From positions 1,088,001 through 1,152,000 of the forward strand of contig OY760142.1 in NCBI GenBank assembly GCA_963663225.1: a DNA stretch of 64,000 bases, written 5' to 3'. The notes beneath the pieces were generated by a model. That model was given only the letters and a program-made list of their open reading frames with translations, was not told where the DNA came from and ran no database searches. The translations under genes were made by a program, and so were the position numbers. Position 1 is the first letter of the stretch, and every line of letters begins with the position of its first letter. Shown piece after piece: positions 18,054 through 29,153 of this stretch. Source of the DNA: Nitrospirota bacterium (GTDB taxonomy: Bacteria > Nitrospirota > UBA9217).

Positions 18054-18995
18054 TCAACGATTCTCCGCACCCTGCCCAGCTACTGCCAACCGCATAATTT
18101 CCTCCACCAAATCCGGAAACGATATTCCCACGCCTTTTGCTATTTCGGGCAGCAGGCTTGTGGCTGTCATCCCCGGAAGGGTGTTGACTTCAAGAATATA
18201 GGGTGCTCCGGATTCGTCAATAATGAAATCAACCCGGCTGTATCCACGGCAGCCTATCGCGCGGTGCGCGGCAAGGCCTGCTTCGAGCGTCCTCTGGTAT
18301 ACCGAATCCGGTATTCGCGCCGGAAAAAAATGGTCGGACATGCCCTGCTCATATTTAGCCGCATAATCATAAAAAGCGCGCTTCGGAACAATTTCAATTG
18401 CGCCGAGCGCACGGTCTCCGAGAATGCCGACCTGCACTTCCTTGCCTTGTATGAATTTTTCTATCAAAACTTCATCGCCGTATTGAAACGCCAGGTCAAT
18501 CGCCGAAGCAATGTCTTCTTTTTTGAAAACAAGGCTTACTCCGACGCTTGAACCTTCGGCATGCGGTTTAATCACCGCAGGAAATTTCAGTTCAGCGAGC
18601 AGCGCGGGTACCGCTTCTTTCGCGCCTTTATACATCACTTCATACGGGCCCACCAGCAGCCCTTTTGCGCGAAAAATTTCCTTGGAGACGGTCTTGTTCA
18701 TTCCAAGCGCGCTTGCGAGGATGCCGGACCCCGTGTAGGGTATTCCCATGACTTCCAGCATGCCCTGGATAGCGCCGTCCTCGCCGAATTTTCCGTGCAA
18801 TGCGATAAAGGCCGCATCAATCCCGCTGGCGTGGATCTTTTCGGCAGCATCCCTGCCGATATCGATGGAAACGACATAATGCCCTTTTTCCTGCAACGCG
18901 TTCAAAATGGCAGTTCCACTGGCGAGCGATACGGTTCGCTCGGATGACAGACCGCCCATCAATACGCCGATTTTCCTATTTGCCAATATCTTCAT
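18054..18995 (-). CDS. ddl: D-alanine--D-alanine ligase
   Basis: GGLSSER, LHGKFGEDG and LEVNTLPGMT motifs. Confidence 0.97.
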   Translation of the reverse strand: MKILANRKIGVLMGGLSSERTVSLASGTAILNALQEKGHYVVSIDIGRDAAEKIHASGIDAAFIALHGKFGEDGAIQGMLEVMGIPYTGSGILASALGMNKTVSKEIFRAKGLLVGPYEVMYKGAKEAVPALLAELKFPAVIKPHAEGSSVGVSLVFKKEDIASAIDLAFQYGDEVLIEKFIQGKEVQVGILGDRALGAIEIVPKRAFYDYAAKYEQGMSDHFFPARIPDSVYQRTLEAGLAAHRAIGCRGYSRVDFIIDESGAPYILEVNTLPGMTATSLLPEIAKGVGISFPDLVEEIMRLAVAGQGAENR

Positions 18996-19030
18996 GAGAA
19001 TCCTTTTCGCAGCTGGTAAATGCTCCGTTT

Positions 19031-19939
19031 CTAATCTTCTCCGATGATTTTTATCTCCGGTTCAAGCCGCACTCCATGGACATCCAGAACCGCCTGCTTT
19101 ACGATGTCCATCAAGGCAAGCACGTCGGAGGCCCGCGCAGCGCCCGTCGTCACGATGAAATTCGCGTGCTTGTCCGAAACCTGAGCGCCGCCCACCGTTC
19201 TGCCTTTGAGCCCCGCCAATTCGATCAGTCTGCCTGCGGACTGTTCGGCGGGATTTTTGAACACGGACCCGGCGTTGGGATATCCCTGGGGCTGTCGCTG
19301 TTTCCTTGTTGTGAGAAGCTCCAGTACGCGCGCGCCGACTTTTTCCCGATGACCGCGTCGCAGGATCAGCCGTGCCGCCAGCACAATCCATCCTTCCTGC
19401 ACTGAAGAGGTTCGGTATCCGAAACCCAGTTCGTCCCCTCCTTTGGTCAGCACTCCTTCCTCGGGTGAGAGGAGGGTCACCGATTCGGTAATATCGCCGA
19501 TTTCTCCGAGCGCGGTGCCTGCATTCATCCTGATGGCGCCTCCGACCGTGCCCGGTATGCCGGCGGCAAATTCAAGCCCTGCATAACCCTTTTCAACCGC
19601 AACCGCAAGGAGCTTTGCCATCAGTGCGCCGGCTTCCGCGGAGATGAGCGCAAAACTCCCGCCGATTGAACGATACTCCCGCTCTATAGCGACCGCATTC
19701 AATCGTTTGAGACTGATCACCGCTCCCCGGTAACCGCCGTCCCGCACAAGAAGATTGGTCCCGCTGCCGAGGATAAAATATTTCAGGTTCTGCTCCTTGA
19801 TGCTTTTCAACAGCACCAGGAGGTCTTCACGGTCGTCCGGACACGCAAAAAAGTCCGCCGGACCGCCGATTTTAAACGAAGTGTGGCGGCTCATCGGTTC
19901 GTTTTTGCGCAGCTCTCCTTTTATATCAAGGATGGCCAT
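19031..19939 (-). CDS. murB: UDP-N-acetylenolpyruvoylglucosamine reductase
   Basis: [25 protein letters not shown] and HANF motifs. Confidence 0.97.
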   Translation of the reverse strand: MAILDIKGELRKNEPMSRHTSFKIGGPADFFACPDDREDLLVLLKSIKEQNLKYFILGSGTNLLVRDGGYRGAVISLKRLNAVAIEREYRSIGGSFALISAEAGALMAKLLAVAVEKGYAGLEFAAGIPGTVGGAIRMNAGTALGEIGDITESVTLLSPEEGVLTKGGDELGFGYRTSSVQEGWIVLAARLILRRGHREKVGARVLELLTTRKQRQPQGYPNAGSVFKNPAEQSAGRLIELAGLKGRTVGGAQVSDKHANFIVTTGAARASDVLALMDIVKQAVLDVHGVRLEPEIKIIGED

Positions 19940-21305
19940 GTTTCAGTTTCTCCAGAACCTGTTCGCCGATTTTCCAGACGTCCCCCGCCCCCAGCGTCAG
20001 CAGGAGGTCGCCTTTTTTGACCGCACCAACCAGATACTCGACGACCGCTCCCCGATCAGGCATAAAAAGAACGTCCTTGTGTCCGTATTTTTTTATCCCT
20101 TCATAGAGTGCCTGCCCTGACACGCCGGGAATCGGCTTTTCACCCGCAGCATAGATGTCCAGAAGAATGACCTTGTCGGCCTGATTGAACGAGGTAAAAA
20201 AATCCTTGAACAGATGCTGCGTCCTTGTGTACCGATGGGGCTGGAACACGACCACAACCCTGCGGTCCATGCCGGACGCTGCCGCTGCAAGAGTCGCCTT
20301 TATCTCCGTGGGATGGTGACCGTAGTCGTCCACCACGGTCACGCCGTTCGCTTCACCCTTGATCTGGAACCGCCGCTGCACTCCGCTGAACTCCCTGATG
20401 GCCTTGCGGATGACTTCAAGATCGACGTCCAGTTCCCGTGCCACGGCAATCGCGGCAAGGCTGTTGTTGATGTTGTGAACACCGGGGACGGAAAGTTCAA
20501 ACAGCCCAAGTTCGGCGCCATGATGCACGACTTTGAATGTCGACCCCAGCCCGTGCAGCACGACGTCCCGCGCCTGATAATCCGCCTGCGAACTCATGCC
20601 GTACGTTTGATAGCGTTTTTGTATCTGCGGTATGAGCGATTGTATATGGGGCTGGTCAAGGCACAGAACCGACACGCCGTAGAACGGCACTTTATTGACA
20701 AACGTGAGAAATGCCTGCTTGATTTCGTCGATGTCCTTGTAATAATCGAGATGTTCCTCGTCGATGGTCGTCACCACCGCAATCGTCGGTGACAGTTTGA
20801 GGAAACTCCCGTCGCTTTCATCAGCTTCAGCAACAAGAAACTCACCCTGGCCGAGTTTGGCGTTTGTTCCCAGACTGTTGAGCTTGCCGCCGATCACAAC
20901 GGTGGGGTCGATGCCGCCTGCCGCAAGCACCGTGGCAACCAGCGAGGTCGTTGTGGTTTTTCCGTGCGCTCCGGCAATGGCCACGCCGTATTTAAGCCGC
21001 ATCAGCTCGGCAAGCATCTCGGCCCGCGGAATCACCGGGATCTGTTTCTCTCTCGCCGCGACCACCTCAACGTTTTCTCTGGTGACTGCAGACGAAATCA
21101 CCACAACATGGGGGGACGTAATATTCGCTGCGTTGTGGCCGGTGGTTATCACACCGCCCAGTTTTCTGAGCCGCTCGGTGGTGTCCGACTCTTTCATGTC
21201 CGAGCCCGAGACCCTGTATCCGAGGTTCAGAAGCACTTCGGCAATGCCGCTCATCCCGATGCCGCCGATGCCTACAAAATGAATATGTTTAATTTTTTCG
21301 AACAT
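19926..21305 (-). CDS. murC: UDP-N-acetylmuramate--L-alanine ligase
   Basis: [22 protein letters not shown] and DDYGHHPTE motifs. Confidence 0.98.
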   Translation of the reverse strand: MFEKIKHIHFVGIGGIGMSGIAEVLLNLGYRVSGSDMKESDTTERLRKLGGVITTGHNAANITSPHVVVISSAVTRENVEVVAAREKQIPVIPRAEMLAELMRLKYGVAIAGAHGKTTTTSLVATVLAAGGIDPTVVIGGKLNSLGTNAKLGQGEFLVAEADESDGSFLKLSPTIAVVTTIDEEHLDYYKDIDEIKQAFLTFVNKVPFYGVSVLCLDQPHIQSLIPQIQKRYQTYGMSSQADYQARDVVLHGLGSTFKVVHHGAELGLFELSVPGVHNINNSLAAIAVARELDVDLEVIRKAIREFSGVQRRFQIKGEANGVTVVDDYGHHPTEIKATLAAAASGMDRRVVVVFQPHRYTRTQHLFKDFFTSFNQADKVILLDIYAAGEKPIPGVSGQALYEGIKKYGHKDVLFMPDRGAVVEYLVGAVKKGDLLLTLGAGDVWKIGEQVLEKLKHGHP

Positions 21306-22377
21306 AGTTTTTACAGATTTTTACAATCTCCTCCGTGGCCGTATTTTTCATACGGGGTATATTAGAATCGAACGTCCTCTGCGCAGCTTGTTTTTTTATT
21401 ATCTCCGCCAGCAGGCCACCGGTCAAATCTTTTTGGATAACGACGTCCGCAGCACCGAAATCAGCCAGGGCTCGCGCATTATACTCCTGATGATTGTCCG
21501 CGGCAAAAGGGAAAGGGATCAACACCGCCCGCTTGCCGCAAACCGCAAGTTCTGCAACACTGGTGGCGCCGGAGCGGGAGACCACAATATCCGCTGCGGC
21601 ATATGCACCTGCCATATCCTCAATATACGGCACTACCACTGCACGTATCCCGGCCTCTCGATAGCCGGTTGTTACCTCCTCCACGTCATGCGGACCGGTC
21701 TGGTGAAGCACCTGCAATCCTCGCATGTCCTTCAGAACAACCGCAGCCTGCTTCATCGCCGTGTTAATCGCATGTGCGCCGCCGCTCCCGCCCATGACAA
21801 AAACGGTGAACGTTCCCGGCTCCAGGCCAAAGCCTTCACGAGCCTTGCCGCGGTCACCCGTTTCAATCCCTTTTCTGACCAGCGGCCCGAGCACAACTGT
21901 TTTCCGGGGGGAGAAAAATTTCTGCGCACCGGTACCGGGAAAACAGAGCACAACCTTGTCTGCAAATATTCCCAGTTTTCTGTTCGCAAGCCCTGCGTAA
22001 GAATTCGGCTCGATGATAACCAGGGGCACGCCGAGAACCAGTGCCGCCGCTCCTACTGGCGCGGAAGCATAGCCGCCGACGCCCAGCACTACGTCCGGCC
22101 GCGTCTCACGCAGGAGGCGCAGGGACTGAAAAAGGCCCAGCGGCAATGCCGCGACCGTCTTCAACGCGGAAACCAGATTCATGCCTTTCAGTTTTCCCGC
22201 GCTGATAAATCTGACCTGCAGCCCTTCCTTCGGGAGCACCCGCGCTTCGATTCCCTGACTCGTACCGACAAAAAGAACTTCATTGCTTTTTTCCCGAAGC
22301 AGTTCGCGTGCGACAGCAATGCCGGGATACAGATGCCCGCCCGTTCCACCGCCTGCAATTAAGACCCGCATTGACAA
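21289..22377 (-). CDS. murG: Undecaprenyl-PP-MurNAc-pentapeptide GlcNAc transferase
   Basis: GGGTGGH, GGYAS, GGSGGA and HQEYNA motifs. Confidence 0.97.
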   Translation of the reverse strand: MSMRVLIAGGGTGGHLYPGIAVARELLREKSNEVLFVGTSQGIEARVLPKEGLQVRFISAGKLKGMNLVSALKTVAALPLGLFQSLRLLRETRPDVVLGVGGYASAPVGAAALVLGVPLVIIEPNSYAGLANRKLGIFADKVVLCFPGTGAQKFFSPRKTVVLGPLVRKGIETGDRGKAREGFGLEPGTFTVFVMGGSGGAHAINTAMKQAAVVLKDMRGLQVLHQTGPHDVEEVTTGYREAGIRAVVVPYIEDMAGAYAAADIVVSRSGATSVAELAVCGKRAVLIPFPFAADNHQEYNARALADFGAADVVIQKDLTGGLLAEIIKKQAAQRTFDSNIPRMKNTATEEIVKICKNYVRKN

Positions 22378-22482
22378 AACCTCATGGTGTCCGCTGTTCT
22401 GTTAAGACTATCCATCCTGCAAAGGCGTTCGCTCTGCAACTCATCACGACGCATCTTTCCGGCGGTTTCCGAGGCGGGACCA

Positions 22483-23595
22483 TCAGCCTGATTCCTTCGA
22501 AATATTCAGCAACACGCCCATTGCCCCCATCGTAATAACCAGCGATGAACCGCCGTAACTGACAAGCGGAAGCGCGATCCCTTTCGTGGGCAGGAGTCCG
22601 GTCACGACGCCCATATTGATCATGCCCTGCAAACAGACGAGCAGCGTAATGCCGAGGGCCAGCATGCGGCTGAATTGCTCATTTGCAGAAAGCGCGATCT
22701 GCAGACCCCGCCACAGGATAATAAGGAACAAGAAAAGCACGGCAAGCGCGCCGATCAATCCCAGCTCTTCTCCAATTACGGCATAAATAAAATCGGAATG
22801 TCGTTCGGGCAGAAACAGCAGTTTTTGCCTTCCTTCACCCAGACCGCGTCCGAAGATGCCGCCGCTGCCGAAAGCCAGGAACGATTGAATAATCTGATGC
22901 CCCGCACCCTGCGGGTCGGCCCAGGGGTCAAGATACGAAAAAATCCTGCGCAGTCGATAGGGGCTGTGCACCACGGCAAGATATACTACGGGAAGCGCCG
23001 CCAGCACCGTACCGCCAAGATGCAACAAGTTTGCCCCTCCTACGAACAGCATCACCGCGGTCACACCTGCAATTGTCATGGCCGTTCCAAAGTCCGGCTG
23101 CAGCGCAGCCACACCCAGAAAAATGCCCGACACCACGTACGCCGGCAGCAGGCCGTTCATAAAATCACGCAGGCGGTCGCCTTTTTTCGCTATGTAGTAA
23201 CTCATATAGACGACCATGGCGAACTTCGCAAACTCCGACGGCTGAAACGAATGCATGCCGTACCGCAGCCATCGGCGAGATCCATTCACCATCTTGCCGA
23301 TGCCGGGAACAAGCGTCGCTACAAACAGAAGCAGCGCGATGACGAGCAGCGCGATAACAACCCGCCGGTCCGCCAGCACACGATGATCGACCCGCATGGC
23401 GATTGCCAGAAGAACAAGGCCCGCAAACGCCCACAGGATTTGCCGTTTCATAAAATATGTCGGATCATCGTAGGTCGTCAGGGCAACAACACTGCTTGAG
23501 CTGTAGACCATGACCACACTGATGACCAGAAGCGCCAAAACGGCAAAGAGCAGAATTCTGTCATAGTGTTTCGAATATTGCATTCCGTTCTGCAA
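22483..23595 (-). CDS. ftsW: SEDS peptidoglycan polymerase FtsW
   Basis: FQPSEFAK, QPDFG, HSDFI and SYGGSS motifs. Confidence 0.96.
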   Translation of the reverse strand: MQNGMQYSKHYDRILLFAVLALLVISVVMVYSSSSVVALTTYDDPTYFMKRQILWAFAGLVLLAIAMRVDHRVLADRRVVIALLVIALLLFVATLVPGIGKMVNGSRRWLRYGMHSFQPSEFAKFAMVVYMSYYIAKKGDRLRDFMNGLLPAYVVSGIFLGVAALQPDFGTAMTIAGVTAVMLFVGGANLLHLGGTVLAALPVVYLAVVHSPYRLRRIFSYLDPWADPQGAGHQIIQSFLAFGSGGIFGRGLGEGRQKLLFLPERHSDFIYAVIGEELGLIGALAVLFLFLIILWRGLQIALSANEQFSRMLALGITLLVCLQGMINMGVVTGLLPTKGIALPLVSYGGSSLVITMGAMGVLLNISKESG

Positions 23596-23660
23596 TAACC
23601 TTGTCCTCGTCGCCGGATCGCACGGCAGGGAGCCGAACCCGACCGGCGCCCGTCGTTTTC

Positions 23661-24995
23661 TTACAACGCTCTTACCGCTTCTTTAAACTTTCGTCCCCGG
23701 TCTTCAAAGTCCTTAAACATGTCGAAGCTTGCACAGGCCGGAGAAAGGAGCACCACGTCACCGCCGGCGGACCGTATTGATGCCAGCCGCACAGCTTCCT
23801 GCAGCGTCGGTGCATACAGGGTCTCGGTTGCCGTGCCGAGCGCCTGCCCCATTTTATTGGCTGCCTTGCCGATCAGAATCAACAGTTTTACTTTCTGTCT
23901 GAACAAATCATACAATGGTTTAAAGTCACTGCCCTTGTCCAATCCGCCGGCAATCAGCACGACCGGCCGTGTGAACCCCTCCACGGATTTTATGACAGCC
24001 CCCACATTCGTTCCCTTGGAATCGTTGATGTAGGTAACACCGTCTTTCTCCCGGACAAATTCCAGCCGGTGTTCAAGGCCTGAAAATTCCCGCAGCACCG
24101 CGGCCACGGATTCGATATCTGCGCCCGCGCAGAGAGACAGGGCAGCAGCGGCCAGGGCATTCTCCAGGTTGTGCACACCCTGGATCCGTATTTCATCAAC
24201 CCGGCAGATTCGCTTCCCATTATAGGTGAGGAAGCCTTCGTGCACACACGCCCCGGGGTTAAAACGAAGCGTACGAGAGAAGGGAATGACCGTGGCCCCG
24301 GTCCGATGCACGTAGGATTTTACCAGGGGGTCGTCGAAATTCAGCACGAGAATGTCCCGCTTCCGCTGATTCATGAATATTCTGGCCTTTGCTTCACCGT
24401 ATTCGTCAATCGTGTGATACCGGTCGAGATGATCCTGCGTGATGTTCAGAATCGTTGCAACGCGGGGCCGGAAGGTCTCAATGTCTTCAAGCTGAAAACT
24501 GGACAGCTCTGCGACTATCCAGTCGCGGTTTTTGAGCAGCGCCAGGTCCTCGGTCAGCGCATTTCCGATATTGCCTGCAACGAGCACCTTCTTTTTCGCC
24601 TTTGCGAGCATCAGCCCCACAAGGGTCGTGACAGTGGATTTTCCGTTTGTTCCCGTTATTCCCACGTACGGCGCATCAGAAAGCAGCCATGCGAGCTCCA
24701 GTTCGCTGATTATTTTTACCCCCCGGCGTTGTGCCTCTTGAATCTGGGGAATTTTAGGGACTCCCGGGCTTAAAAGAATCAAATCCGCCTCGCTGAAAAT
24801 CCGCGCGGGATGGCCGCCGGCTTCCAGACGGACACTGCCCGGCAGTGTCCGCACCAGCGCACTGAGTTCCTCCAGAGGTTTCTTGTCCGTCGCTGTCACC
24901 TGGGCGCCGAGGGCATGAAGCGCACGCGCTGCCGCAACACCGCTCCGCCCCAATCCGACAACGGTAACTTGTTTCCCTTTAAAATCGGTTTTCAT
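23661..24995 (-). CDS. murD: UDP-MurNAc-L-Ala--D-glutamate ligase
   Basis: GTNGKST, ELSSFQL, NDSKGTN and SPACASFD motifs; start set to ATG 24995 with RBS. Confidence 0.97.
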   Translation of the reverse strand: MKTDFKGKQVTVVGLGRSGVAAARALHALGAQVTATDKKPLEELSALVRTLPGSVRLEAGGHPARIFSEADLILLSPGVPKIPQIQEAQRRGVKIISELELAWLLSDAPYVGITGTNGKSTVTTLVGLMLAKAKKKVLVAGNIGNALTEDLALLKNRDWIVAELSSFQLEDIETFRPRVATILNITQDHLDRYHTIDEYGEAKARIFMNQRKRDILVLNFDDPLVKSYVHRTGATVIPFSRTLRFNPGACVHEGFLTYNGKRICRVDEIRIQGVHNLENALAAAALSLCAGADIESVAAVLREFSGLEHRLEFVREKDGVTYINDSKGTNVGAVIKSVEGFTRPVVLIAGGLDKGSDFKPLYDLFRQKVKLLILIGKAANKMGQALGTATETLYAPTLQEAVRLASIRSAGGDVVLLSPACASFDMFKDFEDRGRKFKEAVRAL

Positions 24996-25094
24996 GGTGA
25001 TTCCTGCCTCCTCCCGTGTTGCTCTGACACGATCATGAAGCATTCCGACAGTCTGCCCGTCTGCCCGCTGCGTCTCATGATACGGAAAATCATG

Positions 25095-26177
25095 TTATCT
25101 CAACTTCAGCGAACCGATCGAAATCAGGGCCAAAATAATGCCGACTATCCAGAATCGCACAACAACCTTTGATTCCGGCCACCCAATCTGCTCAAAGTGG
25201 TGATGTATAGGCGCCATTTTAAAAATGCGTTTGCCGGTCAGTTTGTAGGAAGCGACCTGCAACATCACGGATATTGCTTCCACCACAAATATGCCGCCCA
25301 CAATAATCAGAATAAGTTCATGTTTCGTCACCAGCGCAAGAGCACCGAGAGCGCCGCCCAGGGAAAGCGACCCCGTGTCCCCCATGAACACTTCCGCGGG
25401 GTGGGTGTTGTACCAAAGGAATCCGAGGCATGTTCCCAAAATTGCGCCGCAGAACACGGTGAGCTCTCCGCTTCCGAGAATATACGGAATGTTAAGATAT
25501 TCGGCGATCACCCTGTTGCCGCCGAGATATACGATAACGGCATTGGCTATGGCGGCGATGCTTACCAGCCCCGTCGCAAGTCCGTCCAATCCGTCCGTAA
25601 GATTTACCGCATTGGATGATCCCACCATGACAACCACGGCGAACGGAATATAGAACCATCCAAGATCGATAATCAGCCTCTTTACGAACGGCACCGTAAG
25701 ACGAGCCGCATTCTGGTCTCCCGAAAAATAATAAAGGAATAAACCGATCAACAATGATGCGGCAATCTGCAGTCCGAATTTTTCCTTGGCGCGAAGTCCC
25801 AGGGACTGTTTTTTTACCACTTTCAGATAGTCATCCCAAAACCCGATACCTCCGAAGGCGAGCGTTGCAAACAGCACCACCCATACGTATTTGTTCGAAA
25901 GATCCGACCAAAGAAGAACAGAGCTTACGAGTGCCATGATGATCAGAAGGCCGCCCATGGTCGGCGTACCCTGCTTGGACAAATGCGTCTGGGGTCCGTC
26001 ATCCCGAACATGCTGTCCCACCTTCAACCGCCGAAGCCAGGCAATCATCGCCGGACCGAATACAATGCAGATAATCAGCGCCGTCAGGGCCGCTCCAGCG
26101 CTGCGGAACGTGATATATTTGAAGACATAGAAGCCCGAAAACTTGGAGTACAGCGGATACAGCAGGTGGTAAAGCAT
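25095..26177 (-). CDS. mraY: Phospho-MurNAc-pentapeptide transferase
   Basis: GTPTMGG, NLTDGLDGL, FMGDTGS and APIHHHFE motifs. Confidence 0.98.
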   Translation of the reverse strand: MLYHLLYPLYSKFSGFYVFKYITFRSAGAALTALIICIVFGPAMIAWLRRLKVGQHVRDDGPQTHLSKQGTPTMGGLLIIMALVSSVLLWSDLSNKYVWVVLFATLAFGGIGFWDDYLKVVKKQSLGLRAKEKFGLQIAASLLIGLFLYYFSGDQNAARLTVPFVKRLIIDLGWFYIPFAVVVMVGSSNAVNLTDGLDGLATGLVSIAAIANAVIVYLGGNRVIAEYLNIPYILGSGELTVFCGAILGTCLGFLWYNTHPAEVFMGDTGSLSLGGALGALALVTKHELILIIVGGIFVVEAISVMLQVASYKLTGKRIFKMAPIHHHFEQIGWPESKVVVRFWIVGIILALISIGSLKLR

Positions 26178-27544
26178 CAGAACTCCTCCAAAATTTTTTC
26201 CATCTTCATGCCGCGGGAGCCTTTGATCAGCACGGCATCGCCCGACCGGGACTGTTCACGCAAGAGTGCAGCTGCTTCCTCATGTGTTTTGACTGCAAAG
26301 ACTTTCGTCTCCGTCATTCCGGCTTCGACCGCTCCCCGGAGTATATCCTTGGCATAATCGCCCAGGACAATTATGCGGTCGACGCCCATCCGCGCTGCGG
26401 TCCGCCCCACTTTCCGGTGCTCCTCTCCGGAGGAGGCGCCGAGCTCAAGCATATCACCGAGCACGGCAACGGTTTTTGCTCCCCGTTTCAAATCCACCAG
26501 GGCTGCAAGCGCCGCCTCCATGGAAGCGGGATTGGCATTATAATAATCCGCGAGCACGGTCCGGCCCTGCAACTGCCTTATTTCCGAACGCATCGCAACA
26601 GACGCAAAATTATCAAGCCCGTGCTTTACCGCATCAAGCGGCAATCCTGCCGCGAGCGACGCGGCTGCCGCCGCGAGCGCGTTGTACACATTGTGTTTTC
26701 CCACGCTTCTGAGGCAAATTTCCGTACTACAGCCGTGCGCGGTCAGAGTAAATTCCAGACCCTCGGAAGTATGCCGGATCCCGGACGCCCGGACATCTGC
26801 TGCAGTGTCTATTCCAAACGTCGTAATGAGGCCGCTGAACTTCTTTTTCAGAACTCCGCAGTATGCATCATCAGCATTCAGCGCCGCGGTCCCTCCGGGC
26901 CGGATGTGGTCAAGCAGTTCGCCTTTCGCCTGCGCTATGCCGTCCTGACTTTCGAAAAACTCCAGATGAGCCGGTCCGATATTCGTAATGACTCCCACCG
27001 TGGGGCTGACCAGCCGGGCAAGAACTGCAATTTCTCCCGGAGCGCTCATGCCCATTTCAACAGCCGCCGCCTTGTGGGTGTCGTTCATTCTGAGAAGCGT
27101 CAGGGGCACGCCGATGTGATTATTCAGGTTCCCTTCGTTTTTCAGCACCGCTCCCCGCACGGTCAGAATTTCTGCGAGCATTTCCTTTGTTGTCGTCTTT
27201 CCGTTCGAACCGGTAATACCGACCACCGGTATGGAAAATTTTTTCCGGTGAAGATACGACATCTTCTGAAGCGCGGAAAGCGTATCGCCGACAGGCAGAA
27301 TGTTCTTATGTCCGCCGAGATTTTCAGAGTTTTTTTCGACGGCATCCCGGTTCACCAGCGCCCCCCACGCGCCTTTTTTTATTGCAGTGGAAATGAACCC
27401 GTGGCCGTCGAACCGTGGCCCTTTCAGAGCAACGAATAATTCGCCCTTCTTAATGGTTCTCGAATCTATGGATACCCCTGTGATCTCCATCCCGGAGATC
27501 CTCCTCAGGACATCTTCGAGAATTTTTTCTTCTGATCCACTCAT
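26177..27544 (-). CDS. murF: UDP-MurNAc-tripeptide--D-Ala-D-Ala ligase (start uncertain)
   Basis: GVSIDSR, GSNGKTTTKE, YNANP, GDMLELG and KGSRGM motifs. Confidence 0.95.
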   Translation of the reverse strand: MSGSEEKILEDVLRRISGMEITGVSIDSRTIKKGELFVALKGPRFDGHGFISTAIKKGAWGALVNRDAVEKNSENLGGHKNILPVGDTLSALQKMSYLHRKKFSIPVVGITGSNGKTTTKEMLAEILTVRGAVLKNEGNLNNHIGVPLTLLRMNDTHKAAAVEMGMSAPGEIAVLARLVSPTVGVITNIGPAHLEFFESQDGIAQAKGELLDHIRPGGTAALNADDAYCGVLKKKFSGLITTFGIDTAADVRASGIRHTSEGLEFTLTAHGCSTEICLRSVGKHNVYNALAAAAASLAAGLPLDAVKHGLDNFASVAMRSEIRQLQGRTVLADYYNANPASMEAALAALVDLKRGAKTVAVLGDMLELGASSGEEHRKVGRTAARMGVDRIIVLGDYAKDILRGAVEAGMTETKVFAVKTHEEAAALLREQSRSGDAVLIKGSRGMKMEKILEEF

Positions 27545-27626
27545 GGTTATATGCACTTCCAGCACGGATAACTCTTTTCTGCCGGAGATGTCTGTATTTT
27601 TTTTAATCACGCATTCAATATGCGCA

Positions 27627-29153
27627 TCATGAAGCCTTTTTCTTGTGAATTTCCGCCCGTGCGGCCTCACGGTCATCAAAATGCATCTTCTTCTCGCCGA
27701 TAATCTGATAGTCCTCATGCCCCTTGCCGGCAATCACGACCACGTCGTCCGGCAGGGCCATCCGGATGGCGGCAGCCACGGCCTCGTGGCGGTCGGGAAT
27801 GACATAATACAATTTTTTATCGCCTGGTTCGCACGACCCCGTTTCCTGCAAGGCGGTTTTTTTCCCCTCTCCCGCCATACCGGCTTCTATCTCACGGATG
27901 ATATCCAGCGGGTTTTCAGTCCGGGGGTTGTCTGAAGTGACAATAACGATATCGCTTCCCTTGAGCGCCGCTGTTCCCATTTTAGGCCTCTTGGTCCTGT
28001 CCCGGTCGCCGCCGCAGCCAAAAACCGTAATGATTCTTTTTTTTGCTATTTCTCGCACAGATTCCAGAAGACGCAGGAGTGCGTCTTCGGTGTGGGCATA
28101 GTCAACAATCACACCGTAGGGCTGCGCTTCATCTATTTTCTCCATGCGGCCGGGAACCGCTTTCATGTTTTTTATCCCCTGGATGATGCTGTCCTTGCTA
28201 AAACCCAGGGCTGTGCCAATCCCGGTTGCGGTCAGAATATTGTATACATTATGCCGGCCAATGAGCGGTGATTCCAGCGCAATCCTTCCGTTCGGAGTGG
28301 CGGCGTCAAAGGACAGGCCTGCAATGCCGTAGTGTACTTTCCCGCATGGATGAATATCGGCATGCTCCGACAAGCCGGTAGTGACGGTTTTCCCCTTGGC
28401 GGCCTTGATGACGGCGTCAGCATTTTTGTCGTCAGTGTTGACGATAATCGCCGCATCCGGGGAAAGTCCCTTGAACAGCAGAAGCTTTGCCTGCAGATAT
28501 TGATCCATAGTTTTATGAAAATCCAGATGATCCTGCGTCAGGTTCGTAAATCCGGCAGCAGCAAAACGGCACCCGACCACCCTTCCGAGCGCCAATGCGT
28601 GCGAGGAGACTTCCATAACGCAGTGTGTCGCTCCGAACTCAACCATTTCGGAAAGAAGCCGCTGGAGATCAAGCGATTCCGGCGTCGTGTTTGGCGCGGC
28701 ATACACGCGGTCGCCGACACGATAATCAATGGTGCCGATAAGTCCCGCGGTCTGGCCGGAAGCTTCGATAATGGATTTTACAAGATAGGTTGTCGTTGTT
28801 TTGCCGTTCGTGCCGGTAATGCCGACAAGCTTGAGTTTCTTCGACGGGTGTCCGTAAAACGCATCTGCCAGCAGGGCCAGAGCCCGCCGGGAATCTTTCA
28901 CCAGGGCAACAGGCACGCCGGCCTCCGCATCCGGTCCCTGCTCGCGTTCTGCGACGACGGCGGCGGCTCCTTGTTTTATTGCCTGCGCAATAAACTGATG
29001 GCCGTCCGAGTGAAATCCTCGCACGGCCACGAACACGCATCCCGGCTTGACTTTTCGGGAGTCATAGAAGATCCCTTGCACTTCCCGTTCCAGCGTGGCC
29101 GGCGGAAGCGGCTTTTGCAGTTCCAATGACGCGAATAATTCTGCCAGCTTCAT
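27627..29153 (-). CDS. murE: UDP-MurNAc-dipeptide--meso-DAP ligase
   Basis: GTNGKTTT, DHLDFH, DNPR (meso-DAP specificity) and GKGHE motifs. Confidence 0.97.
   Translation of the reverse strand: MKLAELFASLELQKPLPPATLEREVQGIFYDSRKVKPGCVFVAVRGFHSDGHQFIAQAIKQGAAAVVAEREQGPDAEAGVPVALVKDSRRALALLADAFYGHPSKKLKLVGITGTNGKTTTTYLVKSIIEASGQTAGLIGTIDYRVGDRVYAAPNTTPESLDLQRLLSEMVEFGATHCVMEVSSHALALGRVVGCRFAAAGFTNLTQDHLDFHKTMDQYLQAKLLLFKGLSPDAAIIVNTDDKNADAVIKAAKGKTVTTGLSEHADIHPCGKVHYGIAGLSFDAATPNGRIALESPLIGRHNVYNILTATGIGTALGFSKDSIIQGIKNMKAVPGRMEKIDEAQPYGVIVDYAHTEDALLRLLESVREIAKKRIITVFGCGGDRDRTKRPKMGTAALKGSDIVIVTSDNPRTENPLDIIREIEAGMAGEGKKTALQETGSCEPGDKKLYYVIPDRHEAVAAAIRMALPDDVVVIAGKGHEDYQIIGEKKMHFDDREAARAEIHKKKAS

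Noticed and set aside
26282-27439. 385-aa plus-strand ORF and other long antisense ORFs across the dcw cluster, speE, rpoD and mutS2
   Set aside because: Shadow frames of well-conserved genes with no protein motifs.
27545-27733. Long MurF N-terminal extension
   Set aside because: It overlaps the murE 3' end, and homology starts near ATG 27544.
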